From: Eledone cirrhosa
Lineage: Eukaryota
DNA: 64,000 bases
Reading direction: 5' to 3'
Assembly: GCA_964016885.1 (NCBI GenBank)
Contig: OZ024741.1
Location: 221,092,001 to 221,156,000 of the forward strand
Each line of letters opens with the position of its first letter. The stretch's first letter is position 1. The position numbers and the translations under genes were made by a program. Below, one piece after another: positions 1 through 13,017 of this stretch. The notes below the pieces were generated by a model, which did no database searches, was not told where the DNA came from, and saw only the letters and a program-made list of their open reading frames with translations.

Positions 1-930
1 CATACCATACCATACTATACCATACTATACCATACTATACCATACCATACCATACTATACTATACCATACTATACCATACCATACCATACTATACTATAC
101 CATACCATACCATACCATACTATACTATACCATACTATACCATACCATACCATACCATACTATACCATACTATACCATACTATACCATACCATACCATAC
201 TATACTATACTATACCATACCATACCATACTATACCATACTATACCATACTATACCATACTATACCATACCATACTATACCATACTATACCATACTATAC
301 CATACTATACCATACTATACAATACTATACTATACCATATCATACCATACCATACTATACCATACCATACCATACCATACCATACACTATCATACCATAC
401 CATACTATACTATACTATACCATACCATATCATACCATACCATACTATACCATACCATACTATACTATACCATACCATACCATACTATACCATACCATAC
501 TATACCATACCATACCATACCCTATCATACCATACCATACTATACTATACTATACCATACCATATCATACCATACCATACTATACCATACCATACTATAC
601 CATACCATACCATACCCTATCATACCATACCATACTATACTATACCATACCATACCATACCATACCATATTATACCATACCATACCATACTATACCATAC
701 CATACTATACCATACCATACCATGCTATACCATACCATACTATACCATGCCATACTATACTATACCATACATTACTATGCTATACCATACCATACTATAC
801 CATGCCATACTATACCATACCATACCTTACTATGCTATACCATACCATACCATACTATACCATGCCATACTATACCATACCATACCTTACTATGCTATAC
901 CATACCATACCATGTCATATCATACCATGC
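1..930. repeat. Pentanucleotide satellite (CATAC/TATAC)n
   Basis: Continuous 5-bp units cataccatactatac from the window start. The overlapping ORFs are artefacts. Confidence 0.95.
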
Positions 931-1027
931 CATATTTATTACATATTCTTATTGCTATTCCATCTGTTTTTTTTCTTTAGCGATGTCTCCACCGTCCCTT
1001 TATTGAATCTAAACAATACTCTGGTAA

Positions 1028-1178
1028 ACGGTGAATTGGCAGAGTTGTTAGAACATCAGATAGAAGGTTGTCTTTGTTTCGGCTCTCTCTTTTCTGAGTT
1101 CAAATTGCACCGAGGTCAACTTTGCCATTCATCCCTTCGATGTCGATAAAAAGTAGCAGTCTAGTACTGGGGTCGATT
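1028..1178 (+). mobile_element. tRNA-derived SINE (octopus-type), subfamily ending in ctagtactgggg
   Basis: A-box-like tggcagagttgttag and B-box-like gagttcaaatt, followed by core ttcatcccttcgatgtcgataaaaagtagcag. Matches the inverted copy at 10509-10697. Confidence 0.75.
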
Positions 1179-1399
1179 CTTCCTCTGTATATCTTTCCCG
1201 TTTCCATTTTTTCTCTCTCCTTTTCTTGGGGAAATTTACCGTGTTCGGATCTGGAAAAAGATAGACTCCGCCAGGTTTTAAAATGCCCAAGAAATGCCGT
1301 ATATCAATACGGGACCCCTACGATTCCTCGGGAGTTACGGGACCTTGCGTGCATATACAGAATTGTTTTGTTCTTGTATTATCACTAATTTCTTGTGCC

Positions 1400-1793
1400 A
1401 TTCTGGCCAGGCCAATCCCTAATCAACTTTTCCCAGTTTTACTTGGAAAAGAAAATGAGGGTGTATAGAGAAGTTCTGGACTCAGTATATCTGCTAAAAG
1501 GTGGGTAAATGTGGTTAGAATGGCCTGTAGGCTGTTTGGTTTGAGAAGAGGACGGGTGCCCTTTCCGAGTGCTCTCGAAGTGTCAGGTGGTTCAGGGTTG
1601 GTGGGTTACCTGAGTCGCCCCTGGATGATTCTCCCCCCATTTGGGGAATTCTGTTGATTGTATTTTATTGTTTATTGTTATTGTTTATATAAATATTTTC
1701 CACGACTTCATTGTAAACCCCGCCCCCCTGTCCCTGTCTTATTGTCCCCTATATGTAGGCCCTTGTGGCCAATAAAGAAAGAATTATTATTAA
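1400..1793 (+). mobile_element. 3' fragment of a Tx1/L1-clade non-LTR retrotransposon
   Basis: Degenerate ORF2 C-terminus (..KKMRVYREVL..KRWVNVVRMA). The 3'UTR ends gtggccaataaagaaag + (att)n and is homologous to the copies at 11.5-12.4 kb and 62.3 kb. Confidence 0.7.
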
Positions 1794-1993
1794 GGCAGGC
1801 GGTGGATTGGCAGCATCGATAGAGGGTGGAACGCCATGCTTTTTAGCAAAGAGTTACGGCCCTTTATGGTCTGAGTTCAAATCCCGTCGAGGTTAACTTT
1901 GCTTTTCATCTTTACGGGATCGATAAAATAAAGTACCAGTAATACACTGGGATAATTGCTGGCCTTGTGCTAAAAGTAGAAACAATTATTATT
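1794..1993 (+). mobile_element. Full-length tRNA-derived SINE
   Basis: Head with B-box gagttcaaatccc, core cttttcatctttacgggatcgataaaataaagtaccag, and tail ggccttgtgctaaaagtagaaacaattattatt. attattattaaggcaggc is repeated on both sides. Confidence 0.85.
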
Positions 1994-2002
1994 AAGGCAG
2001 GC

Positions 2003-2236
2003 ATAGCAATTCGAGGAGGGCAACTGGGTAGGTTAACTGTGGCTTTTTGTGGGCTTTTTCCGTGTGTGACACTCGGAAGTCTCCCCTCCCCCATTGGGGA
2101 ATATATTTTGTTTGAATATTTGACATGTTTTCCTTGTTTCTGTTGAAAACCTTTTATACACCAAAAACCCACACAGTTCCGTCAGGTGCCGTCCTTAATG
2201 TTTTCTTAATGTGAGCCCAACGTGGCTAGCAAAAAA
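2003..2236 (+). mobile_element. 3'UTR fragment of a Tx1/L1-like LINE (diverged subfamily)
   Basis: Shares the ctccccccattgggga hairpin motif and the gtggcta-A-rich end with the other Tx1-like 3' ends. Confidence 0.5.
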
Positions 2237-2698
2237 AGTCGAGGTTAACTTTGGTTTTCATCCTTACGGAGTTGATAAATAAAGTACCAGTAATGTACTT
2301 GGGTAATTGTTGGCCTTGTGCCAAAAGTAGAAACAAAAGTACCAGTAATGCACTGGGGTAATTCTTGGCCTTGTGCCTAGCGTCAGACAATCAGCCGAGG
2401 TTGACTTTGCCTTTCCTCCTTACAGGGTCGATAAAATAAAGTACCAGTAATACGCTAGGGTCGGCCTAATCGACTTTCCCCACACCCAAAATTGCTGGCC
2501 TTGTGCCTATATAAGAAACCATTATTAGCGTCAGACACCATGCTTTGTAGCATGGAGTTATTGCCCTTTACGTTCTGATTTCAAATCCCGTCGGGGTTAT
2601 CTTTACTTTTCATCTTTACAGGGTCGGGTCGATAAAATAAAGTACCAGTGATACACTGGGGAAATTTCTGGTCTTGTGCCAAAAGTAGAAACTGTTAT
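2237..2698 (+). mobile_element. Cluster of 3-4 tandem partial SINE copies
   Basis: Repeated gataaaataaagtaccagtaat..ctggg..ggccttgtgcc..aaagtagaaac modules. Confidence 0.8.
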
Positions 2699-2709
2699 AA
2701 GGATATATA

Positions 2710-2910
2710 TTTGTGTGTGAGTTTACGTGTATGTGTGTGAGTGTGTGTTTACGTGGGTGTATGTGTGTTTACATATGTGTGAGTGTGTTTATGTGTGTGT
2801 ATGTATGTTTACGTGTATACGTGTGTGTTTATGTGTGTGAGTGTATGTGTGCGAGTGTATTTTTGTTTACGTGTATGCGTGTGTGTGCTTACGTGTATAT
2901 GTGTGTTTAG

Positions 2911-2955
<45 letters not shown>

Positions 2956-3830
2956 ACGTAGATGTGGATATATGTGTATGTGTGTAAATATATCAAAATA
3001 TTGAATATCTTTACTTCTGTATTCTCACACACACTAACACTCTCACATATACACACTCTCACCCATACACACTAACACACTAAACACACACACTAACACA
3101 CTAACACACACACGTACATTAACACTCACACATAACATACACACATACAAATACACACACACACACACACACAGATTCACATTCATTGCCGCTCTTTAAT
3201 GTTGTATCTCTCTATATGTTTTATCTCACACTCACACACACATTCAAACACACAGACAACACACTCTCACTCACACACACTCTCACTCACTCACACAATC
3301 ACTCATACACACTCATACACTCTCTCTCACACACACTTTTAACCATACTCTCTCACACTCTCACGAATCCTTAATCTCTCAGTCACACACTCTCTCGCAC
3401 ACATACTCTCATACGCTCACACTCACACACTAACTCACACATTCACTCACACACTCTCACATGCACACACTAACTCACACTCACAGACTCTCACACACAC
3501 TCTCAAATACACACACACACACTATCACTCACACACTCTCAAATACACACACACTATCACTCACACACGCTATCACTCACACACTCTCAAACCGACACTC
3601 ACACACTCACACACTCCCAAATACACACACACACACACACACGATATCACTCACGCACTCTCCAACACACACACACATACACGCTATCACTCACACACTG
3701 TCAAACACACACATACACACGCTATCACTCACACACTAACACACTCTCACACTCCACCACTCCCTCTCCCACTCACCCTAACTCACTCTCTCACTCACCC
3801 TAACTCTCTCTCTCTTTCTCTCTCTCTTTC
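2710..3830. repeat. Degenerate (TG)n, then (CA/CT)n low-complexity tract, ending in the polypyrimidine tract of the acceptor
   Basis: Direct reading of the sequence. Confidence 0.9.
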
Positions 3831-3837
3831 TCTTCAG

Positions 3838-5416
3838 GAAGATGACGAGGATCACCCGAACGAGGCGGGAACGTTAAGTAAATTAAAAGTATCCCGGGAG
3901 AAGAAACAACACAAGAAGGTACCACAACAACAACAACAACAACAATGCAGCAAAGGAAATGGCGCCAATTACCCAGCAACAACAACAATATCAACAACAT
4001 CTACTACTACTACTACTACTACAGGAATTTCAATTGGTGGAGGATGGGGAGGTGGTTTAGGGTTCCTTACAAAAAAAGGGCCAGATTTGAACTCCCAGTT
4101 GATGAATATTAGTGAGGGCTCTTGTCCGGTTTCCATAGTGACAGGTAAATCTAAAGAGGCATCAGCTTACGTTGGCGGCAATATGGCGGCGGGGCCGACG
4201 TTGGAGGAGGCGATTGCCGCGGCGGCGGCGGCGGCGGCGGCACAAACATCAAAGGATCCAACGAGTCAGAGTCAAGGTGACGTGACATTTTTAAATTCTA
4301 CAACAACAACAGCAGCAGCAGCAGCAACAACAGCAGCAGCAGGAGCAGGGACATCGCCAGCAGCAGCAGCAGGAGCAACAACAACGACAACAACAACAAC
4401 AACAATGGCAACAACAACAACACCAAGTAACACCACTACCAACAACAACAACAACAACAACAACAGCAGCAGCGGTCTTGATGGAAATATCATTGGCAAC
4501 AATAACAACAATAACAACAACAATATTAACAATAAAAACAGTAATAACAGTGGTGGTGATGGTGGTGGTCGTGGTGGGGTGTCGGGGTCCCCCTTAGGGG
4601 CCGGTGGTTACCCAGGTATTGTCACATCCACTGTGAACTCTTCGATTGACGGCTTCGGAATCAGTAATATAATCGAAGCAACGACAACAACAGCAACAGT
4701 GGCAGGCTCGACGCTACATGACAGTAATAGTAGTAGAAGTACAATTAACTGTAGTGGTGGTGGTGGTGGTGGTGGTAGTAGTGTTGGTGGTAGTAGTGGT
4801 GATGGTGGCGGTGGTGGTAGTGGTAGTAGTAGTACTTACTGTTCGGTGGTTACGGGGGGAGTGGGATTAGTAACAGCAGGAAACGTCGGGATAGAAGGAG
4901 CGGGGGGAGGAGAACATTTGACAGTGGGAGGAGTAGGAACAGTGAGTGATGGTAGTGGTGGTGGTGGAGGTGGCCTCGGTGACAGTAGTAGAGGTGGCAG
5001 TAGAACAGTGGCGGCGGCGGCGGCGGCGGCGGCGTTAACATCATCATCATCATCATCATTATCACCATCAGCAGCAACAACGACTTCAACTTCAACAACA
5101 ACAACAACAACAGCAGCAGCAACAACAACAACGATTGCAGCAACTGCAAGCCAATATCACCACCAACAACTGCAACTGCAATTACAACTGCAACAGCAAC
5201 AACAACAACAACTGCAACAAGAACAGCAACACTATCAGCTACAACAACAATACCAAACACAACAGCAGCTATTAATGCTACAGCAGCAACAACATCAGCA
5301 ACAGCAACAGCAACAGCTAGCTTACCAGCAACACTCCCCACAACATCACCGCTACCACCCACATCAACCACCGCCACCACCTTATCAATACACCTATCAC
5401 AATCCTTACAATTACC

Positions 5417-5462
<46 letters not shown>

Positions 5463-5467
5463 GCTGC

Positions 5468-5507
<40 letters not shown>

Positions 5508-5991
5508 GCAGCAACAGTATCACCATACGTTCCCGCTGCAACAACAACCACAATTACAACAACAACTGTACAGTCATTATCATACAATTAGTAGCTGTAC
5601 TACAGGTGGTGGCGGCGGCGGTGGTGTTGGTGGTGGTGTTGGCGGCGGTGGTGGTGGTGGTGGCGGTGGTGGGGTCGGTGGAGGAGCTATCCCAGGGGTA
5701 GTCGGAAGATCCCCTGTCAACAACAACGGTTACAGCTATATAATAACAGGTGGCAGTAGTGGTGGTGGTGGTGGTGGTGGTGGTGGTGGTATTATAAACA
5801 GTGGCGGCGGTGGTGGTGGTGGTGGTGGTTCCGGTGTGCTGCGCCTTCCTTCTCTCAGTCCCTCTTCCTTGCTCCCAATAACCACCAATCACAGCAGTAA
5901 CACCAACAACAACTACAGCAACATTAACAACATCGGTGACACCACCAGAACCAACAGCAACAACAACAACAGTAGCTGCAACAATACTACT

Positions 5992-6027
<36 letters not shown>

Positions 6028-6056
6028 GCAGCAACAACATTAAGCAATACTATTCT

Positions 6057-6091
<35 letters not shown>

Positions 6092-8296
6092 TTACTACAA
6101 AAACAAGCTGTAGTAGTAGCAGTAGCAGCGGCGGCGGCGGCGTCGGTAGTAGTAGTAGTAGTGGTGGTGGTGGTGGTGGTGGTGGTGTTGCTGCTGTTGC
6201 TGGTGTTGCTGCCGTTGCTGCTACTACGACTGCTGCTGCTGCTGCTGCTGCTACTGTTACGAGTGGTGGTGGTGGTGGCGGTGGTGGTGGTGTTGGTGGT
6301 GGTGGTGGTGGTGGTGGCGGCGGCGGCGGCGGCGGTGATGCTGGTACGACTGCTACCAGTAGCAACAAGAGTCCGACTTTAGCAGCTGCATCAACAACAG
6401 CATTAATATCAGCAGCTACACTACCAAGTGAAGCCCTGGAAATGGGCATTAAGAATATGGAGGTTGTGGACGATTGGGTTATACAAACCGTGGAAATTAT
6501 TAAACGACCAGGCCAAACGTTAGGATTTTACATACGTGAAGGAAATGGGATGGATCGACAAGATGGCGTATTCATTTCCAGAATCCAGATGGGAACGGTG
6601 GCTGAAAGTAACGGACTACTACATGTAGGTGATGAAATACTGACTGTAAACACTGTTAAAGTGTTGAACATGTCGCTCGATGATGTCGTTATTTTAATGT
6701 CGATACCGAAAAAACTCATTTTAACGATTAGAACGAGGAAAAATGGTAATAAGAATGCATCGTGTCCATCATTAGCGATGACGGATAGAGAAGAACCACC
6801 GGTGGTTGTTCTGAAAAAAGGTCGCTCCTCGTCAGCTACAGCTTTAGAGATGACTGAGAAATGTGCCGACGCCTTCGAACAAATGGAAAGGAATTACATG
6901 AGCCAGACGGGCGCTGGAGGTGGTGCTGGTGCTGGTGTTGGAGGCGTCGGAGGTATTTCCCCACCTATGGGCCCTATGCCGCCCGAGCTTGGCGGAGGTG
7001 TCGGTCATCCGTGTGCTGGGGGAGGAGTGAACAGTAGCAACTCGGTTACTACTCCGTTGACGAGTACATCGTCTGCCGAGGGACTGAGACTGAAGGACGG
7101 CTCTGGCGGTCAAGAAAAGCCGTCCACGTCAGCCTCGACTTCGTCGTCGTCGGTGGCGGGGCTTGCCTCCACTGGCACCCCTGTATCATCATTATCACCA
7201 TCATCCTCATCAACGACGGCAGCCGTCTCATCCCGCTACGCTAGCATCTACATCTCACCGCACAAGGCTGAGGCAAAATTGTGCTTTGATGACGTGGAGG
7301 ATAGCGGCAATTCTAGTGACAACTCGCTACCCCGTTCCACAGATTCAGGTGGTAAAGAAGCGTCACCATACTCGAGCCATTATGGTAGCCATGGGGCTGA
7401 AGGAATATATGAAAACCCCACAGCGTTTCTCAGTCCTTCACTGCCCTCAATATCGACATCTCAACAACAACTTGATGGTTCGGGTGATGAAGCTGTTGGT
7501 GGTGGGCCGGGTACATCACCTCACCGGAAATTCCCATCACCTTCTAGTTCTTGGTCACCTTCTAAAGGGGCTCCGTTTCGACCACATCCACCTCCAAGAG
7601 GTGCTTATTCGTCGTCGGACGGTGAAGCGAACAAAGGAATAGGCGCGGGAACGCCTCTCCCGCCTCCACCGTTCCTACCCCACATGGAAGTTCCGTATGC
7701 AAATGTACCCGTGCGTGATTTATTGGCACACAGAGGTAGTCCAGTGGCATCCGGTGGAGGCGGCGGCGGCAGTGGTAGTGGTGGTGTTAGTGGTGCTGGT
7801 GCCGGTGGTGGAGGAGGAGGGGGGGGAGGAGGGCCCGGATCTTCTGCGGGCAGCAGTCCGGGTAGCACGGGCAGCGGTGGTATGATAGGTGGAGGGGGTG
7901 GCGTGTGCGGTGGGGGAGGCATGTTACCCAGCACGATCCCAGGCGGTTTCCACGATGACCGCTGGTCCCAGGAACGTCTACGAGATATCCTACACACCAA
8001 GGCTAAGTACGGACGTATAACCACAACAAGGAGCAGATCTCCCGAATGCTACAACTCCGATTCGGAAGTTATCTATGCTCACCCTCACCCGCGGGTTGAC
8101 CCTCGCGGGTTTGCGTCCGATTACGAAACCTATGCAGGTGTTACAAGCGATGATGAAATCTACTCTATACCACATATCAGTACTAGTAGTAGCACTGAAT
8201 TACAACTTCTGCTCAAGAAATTCAACACCCTTTCTCAGGAGCTTCAACAAGAACAGAACAGATTACAAAAACAGATATTTGCCCGAAGCAAGGCTG
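3838..8296 (+). CDS. syd-1: Giant internal coding exon of a Syd-1 / RhoGAP100F ortholog (N-terminal low-complexity region + PDZ domain); C2 and RhoGAP exons not seen in the window
   Basis: Acceptor (ct)n..tcttcag|GAA at 3837/3838 is in frame with the supplied ORF 4087-8304 (offset 249 nt, no stops). Donor GCTG|gtaagt at 8296/8297 (phase 1). PDZ at ~6478-6735 (VEIIKRPGQTLGFYIREGNGMDRQDGVFISRI..GDEILTVN..MSLDDVVILMSIPKKLILTIR) matches the Syd-1/RhoGAP100F PDZ as recalled from memory. Confidence 0.9.
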
Positions 8297-8485
8297 GTAA
8301 GTAGCCACAGTTTTATTGATTAGATTTTGTCATTCATCTTACTTTTATAGATTTACCTATAAATTTACTACCTAGCCACTAGCGCAGGACCTGTTTCTTA
8401 CACACGTCACCGTATCTCTCTCATTTTATACATACATGCAACGTTATACATACATGCATAGATATTGTGTATACAACTATACATA

Positions 8486-8589
<104 letters not shown>

Positions 8590-8732
8590 AATCACTAACT
8601 CTCCCTCAATCTATCTCTCACTCACACTCTCACTCATTCTCTCACTCTATCAAATCATCTATCTATATATGTACGTGTAAATAGATAGATATATATATGG
8701 ATTTACCTATATTTTGTATGTGTTATCGTAAT

Positions 8733-8765
<33 letters not shown>

Positions 8766-8921
8766 ATATTTAAGAGTTAAACAAGGTTCAATGAATACAT
8801 CAAAGAATGAGTTTTACAATAGATTGGAAGCACTCAACAGCCAAAAAAAAGAAATGTTTTCCAGAGTTATTAATATTAATTCAAAATATTAACAAAATAT
8901 ATATTCTTGTGATCAATTATA

Positions 8922-8984
8922 TTTTATTATACATATTTCAGAGGTACTGAGTTAAGTTCAACAGTACGTCCTCATCAGATAAAA
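8922..8984 (-). ncRNA. Type I hammerhead ribozyme motif (Penelope-type), in a ~260 bp insert flanked by (TA)n
   Basis: Minus strand: TTTTAT-CTGATGA-GGAcGTACTG..CAGTACcTCT-GAAA-TATGTA-TA-ATAAAA. Stems I and II are present and stem III (ATATGTAT) is near-palindromic. Confidence 0.85.
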
Positions 8985-9159
8985 TAAAATGATACATGAC
9001 ATACCCTGACATAGTAGATGGTTAAGATTCAATATATATATATATATATATATATATACAGTATATATATAGCTAACAACAAGTACAATGCAATAATTGC
9101 AATGATGATGATTTCTTACAGGACAGTAATTCATTTCTTTATTCATGTATCAGTTTATA

Positions 9160-9226
9160 TATGTGTATGTATGTGTGTGTGTGTGTGTGTATGTATGTGT
9201 GTCTATCTGTATCTGTGTGTCTGTGC

Positions 9227-9258
<32 letters not shown>

Positions 9259-9308
9259 CTGTTTGTATCTGTGTGTCTGTGCGTCTGTGTGTGTGTGTGG
9301 GGGTGGGT

Positions 9309-9344
<36 letters not shown>

Positions 9345-9572
9345 TTGTGTGTATTTGTGTGTGTTTTATACATAAACATACGTAAATATGTGTGTATATG
9401 TCTGTCTGTGCCTGTGTATGTGTGCGTATGTGTGTCTGTGTGTATGTGTGTCTATCTTCTGTGTCTGTGTGTGTGTGTGTGTGAGTCTGACTGTATTTCT
9501 TGTGTGTATGTCTGTCTGTGTGTCTGTGTGTGTGTCTGTCTGCGTGTGTCTGTGTCTGTGTCTGTGTGTCTG

Positions 9573-9625
<53 letters not shown>

Positions 9626-10017
9626 CTGTGTCTGTGTGTCTGTCTGTGTGTGTATGTGTGTCTGTGTGTGTGTCTGTGTGTGTGTCTGTGTATGTGTGTG
9701 TGTGTGTCTGTCTGTCTGTGTATGTGTGTCTGTGTCTGTGTATGTGTGTGTCTGTGTATGTGTGTGTGTGTGTCTGTCTGTGTCTGTGTGTCTGTGTCTG
9801 TGTATGTGTGTGTCTGTGTATGTGTGTGTCTGTCTGTCTGTCTGTGTCGGTGTGTTTGTCTGTGTGTGTATCTGTGTCTGTCTGTATGTGTCTGTGTATG
9901 CGTCTGTGTCTGTGTGTCTGTGTCTGTGTCTGTGTCTGTATGTGTCTGTGTCTGTCTGTGTGTGTGTGTCTGTCTGTGTGTGTGTGTGCCTGTGTATGTA
10001 TGTGTGTGTGTGTCTGT
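9160..10017. repeat. (TG)n/(TCTG)n compound microsatellite
   Basis: Direct reading of the sequence. Confidence 0.95.
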
Positions 10018-10508
10018 GGAGAGAAGGAGTGTTGCTCTGAAAATGGAGAGCTGTTTGGAATTGTTGCTATTTATAATTCGTCGCCTCCAACACAGCCCCA
10101 ATCCTACCCTACCTCAATCATAACCCCAATCCTACCCTACCTCTATCATAACCCCAAACCTACACTACCCCCATCATAACCCCAAACCAACCCTATCCCC
10201 ATTTCTAGCCCCAAATATGGAAACATCATATTTGATACAAGAAACAAGATCGGTTAAAATGTCCACCTGGAAACAACTAGGAATCGAAACAGTATCACCA
10301 CAGTATATTTATATGTGGGTATCTAAAGGTATGGCCCCATAATACCTGGATTATTGGGGCACCATGGTGGAATACGGCGTTTCTTGGACATTTTAAACCT
10401 GGTACATGCCATCTCTTCTCCAGGTCTGAATACAGCAGATTTCTTCCAGAGAAGGATAGAGAGAATGATAGAATAGAAGTGAGAAATATAGAGAGCGAGG
10501 AAGAATGG

Positions 10509-10697
10509 CCCCAGTACTAGACTGGTCTTTTTTTTTCTTTTTTTTTTTTCGACCTCGAAAGGATGAAAGGCAGAATAGACCCCCACCTCCACCCCCAAAC
10601 CCCCACCCCTGGGATTTGAACTCAGAGAGCAGAGAACTGGAACGAATACCACAAATCATTCTATCTGACGTTCTAACAACTCTACCAATTTGCCGCC
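10509..10697 (-). mobile_element. tRNA-derived SINE, same subfamily as 1028-1178
   Basis: Reverse complement reads ggcggcaaattggtagagttgttagaacgtcagatagaa..gagttcaaatccc..cctttcatcctttcgaggtcg..ccagtctagtactgggg. Confidence 0.8.
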
Positions 10698-10732
10698 TAC
10701 AACATTTGTGTATTATTCAGAAAAAATAATTA

Positions 10733-11219
10733 TCCATTTCATTACCATATTTATAATGAAAGACACTGCCCTCTTTGTTTTTCAATTAGTTTTGAAAATA
10801 ATCAAGGATTTAGAGGGGTTTAGTAATATAACTAACTTTCTTGATATTAAGCTGGTGTTTGGAACATAACTTAACAAAGGTTCTTACATAAAATCGTGAT
10901 AGAACGACTTTAGAGAAATATAAACATGTTAACCCTTTCATTTCCATATTTATAATGAAATACACTGTTGGTGTTTGGAACATAACATAACAAAAGTTCT
11001 TACATACAATTATGATGGAAGGTTTTTAGATAAATATTAACCCTTTTATTACCATATTTCTAATGAAACATGCTGTCTGTGATTTTCAAATTATTTTGAA
11101 AATTATCAAGAATTTAAAGTGATTTGTTATATAACTAACTTTCTTATTATCAAGCTGATGTTTGGAACATAACTTAACAAAGGATCTGATATCAGGCAGT
11201 TTGATTTTAAAAGGGTTAA
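10733..11219. mobile_element. piggyBac-like MITE (11041-11215) preceded by two partial tandem copies
   Basis: TTAA-CCCTTTTA..TAAAAGGG-TTAA (8-bp inverted ends, TTAA on both sides). Internal ccatattt..aatgaaa..tttggaacataac recurs three times. Confidence 0.6.
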
Positions 11220-11256
11220 AGGGTGTTTTGATAACAATAGCAACAACAATGACAAC

Positions 11257-11336
<80 letters not shown>

Positions 11337-11445
11337 TAAAACGTAAATGTGAAAAGCACAGAAGTTTATTTAAAGATTATTTTCTTCTTTAATCCGACAG
11401 AATGAATATTTTTATAATTGTTACATTAAATAGACAGGTAGGTAG

Positions 11446-11476
<31 letters not shown>

Positions 11477-11493
11477 GATAGATAGATAGATAG

Positions 11494-11777
11494 ATTTCTT
11501 TATTAGCCACAAGGGCGCAACAAGAAAGGGGACAATACAAAGACATGCCGGGGATTTTACATACAGTCGTGTAAAAAATATAAAAACAAACAATTTCAAC
11601 AATCGAAATCCCCAATAGGGGGGAGGCGCCACAAATGGGTTGTTTAATACCCCGTCGATAGAATAACCCTCAACTCCAGGAGCGTGTGGTGCAAGTGCTC
11701 CTTTCTTCCTTTTGCTCTCTTCCTCAACCTACAGGCTTATAAACAGAGAAGGCCCAATCACTCGGGCCATTAGATAG

Positions 11778-11808
<31 letters not shown>

Positions 11809-12440
11809 GATAGATAGATAGATAAGATAGATAGATAGATTTCTTTATTTGCCACAGGGGCACAAAAGAAGGGGACAAATACAAAGGGGGAAGTTTACAT
11901 ACAATAAAAACGTGTAAAATGTTATCACAAATGGAATTTAAAAAGTTAGTAGATAGATAGATAGATTTCTTTATTTGCCACAGGGACGTACAAAAATGGG
12001 ACATTACAAGACGTGACGGCGAGGGCTTTACATAAAATCTTTAACAATAATAATGGATAACAATAAAATATATACAAAATAAACCAATCGAAATCCCCAA
12101 TAGGGGGGATCGTTACTGCAGGGTTGTTTTATACCCCGTGGATAGAACAAACCTCAACACCAGGAGCACGTTTTGTAGGTGTTCCCACCTTCCCTCTGTC
12201 TTCCTCAACCTACAGGTTTATATACAGAGAAGGCCCGTTCACTGGGGCCATTTTCGCCACATTCCCCCACCTTTCAGCGAATTTACTGGGGTGTAGCACC
12301 TCTCTCTCCACTCTCACCTTCCTTCTGAAGTGGTACTTATAGAAGGGGATGAGTTGTTGTCCGGAGAGAAAGGTGTTTGCCGTCAGTCCTTTTAACCTCG
12401 TCCACCATATTTACCTCTTTCGTCATAGCCACCAGACAGA
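11494..12440 (-). mobile_element. Three head-to-tail 5'-truncated Tx1/L1-clade LINE ends (11494-11770, 11840-11950, 11966-12440) separated by (GATA)n
   Basis: The longest copy translates IWWTRLKGL..FLSGQQLIPFYKYHFRRKVRVEREVLHPSKFAERWGNVAKMA. Each copy ends gtggc(a/t)aataaagaaat + (ctat)n. Confidence 0.8.
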
Positions 12441-12704
12441 GGAGTAGATAGGCAGACAGTCAGATAGGCAGACAGTCAGACAGACAGTCAGACGGACTGA
12501 CAGACAGAGAGAGAGACAGATAGATAGACAGACAGACTGACAGACAGATGGACAGACAGACAGACAGACTGACAGACAGATAGAGAGAGAGACAGATAGA
12601 TAGAGAGACAGACTGACAGACAGACAGATAGACAGACAGACAGACAGACAGACAGCAGACAGACTGACAGACAGATAGAGAGAGAGACAGATAGAGAGAG
12701 AGAC

Positions 12705-12741
<37 letters not shown>

Positions 12742-13000
12742 GGCAGAGAGAGAGACATATAGACAGACAGACAGGCAGACAGAGAGACAGACAGACAGAC
12801 AGACTGACAGACAGACATACAGACAGACAGACAGACAGACAGACGGACAGACGGACAGACAGACAGACAGACTGACAGACAGATAGAGAGACAGACAGAC
12901 AGACAGACGGACAGACAGACAGATAGAGAGACAGACAGACAGACGGACAGACAGACAGGCAGAGTGACAGACAGATAGAGAGACAGACAGATAGATAGAT
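12441..13000. repeat. (GACA)n/(GATA)n compound microsatellite
   Basis: Direct reading of the sequence. Confidence 0.95.
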
Positions 13001-13017
13001 GTAATCACATGCATAAA

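Noticed and set aside
4272-8175. Antisense and alternate-frame ORFs over the syd-1 exon
   Set aside because: Shadow ORFs caused by trinucleotide repeats and high GC.
10323-10652. 109-aa minus-strand ORF in relatively unique sequence
   Set aside because: About half of it is SINE sequence, with no recognisable domain or convincing splice sites.
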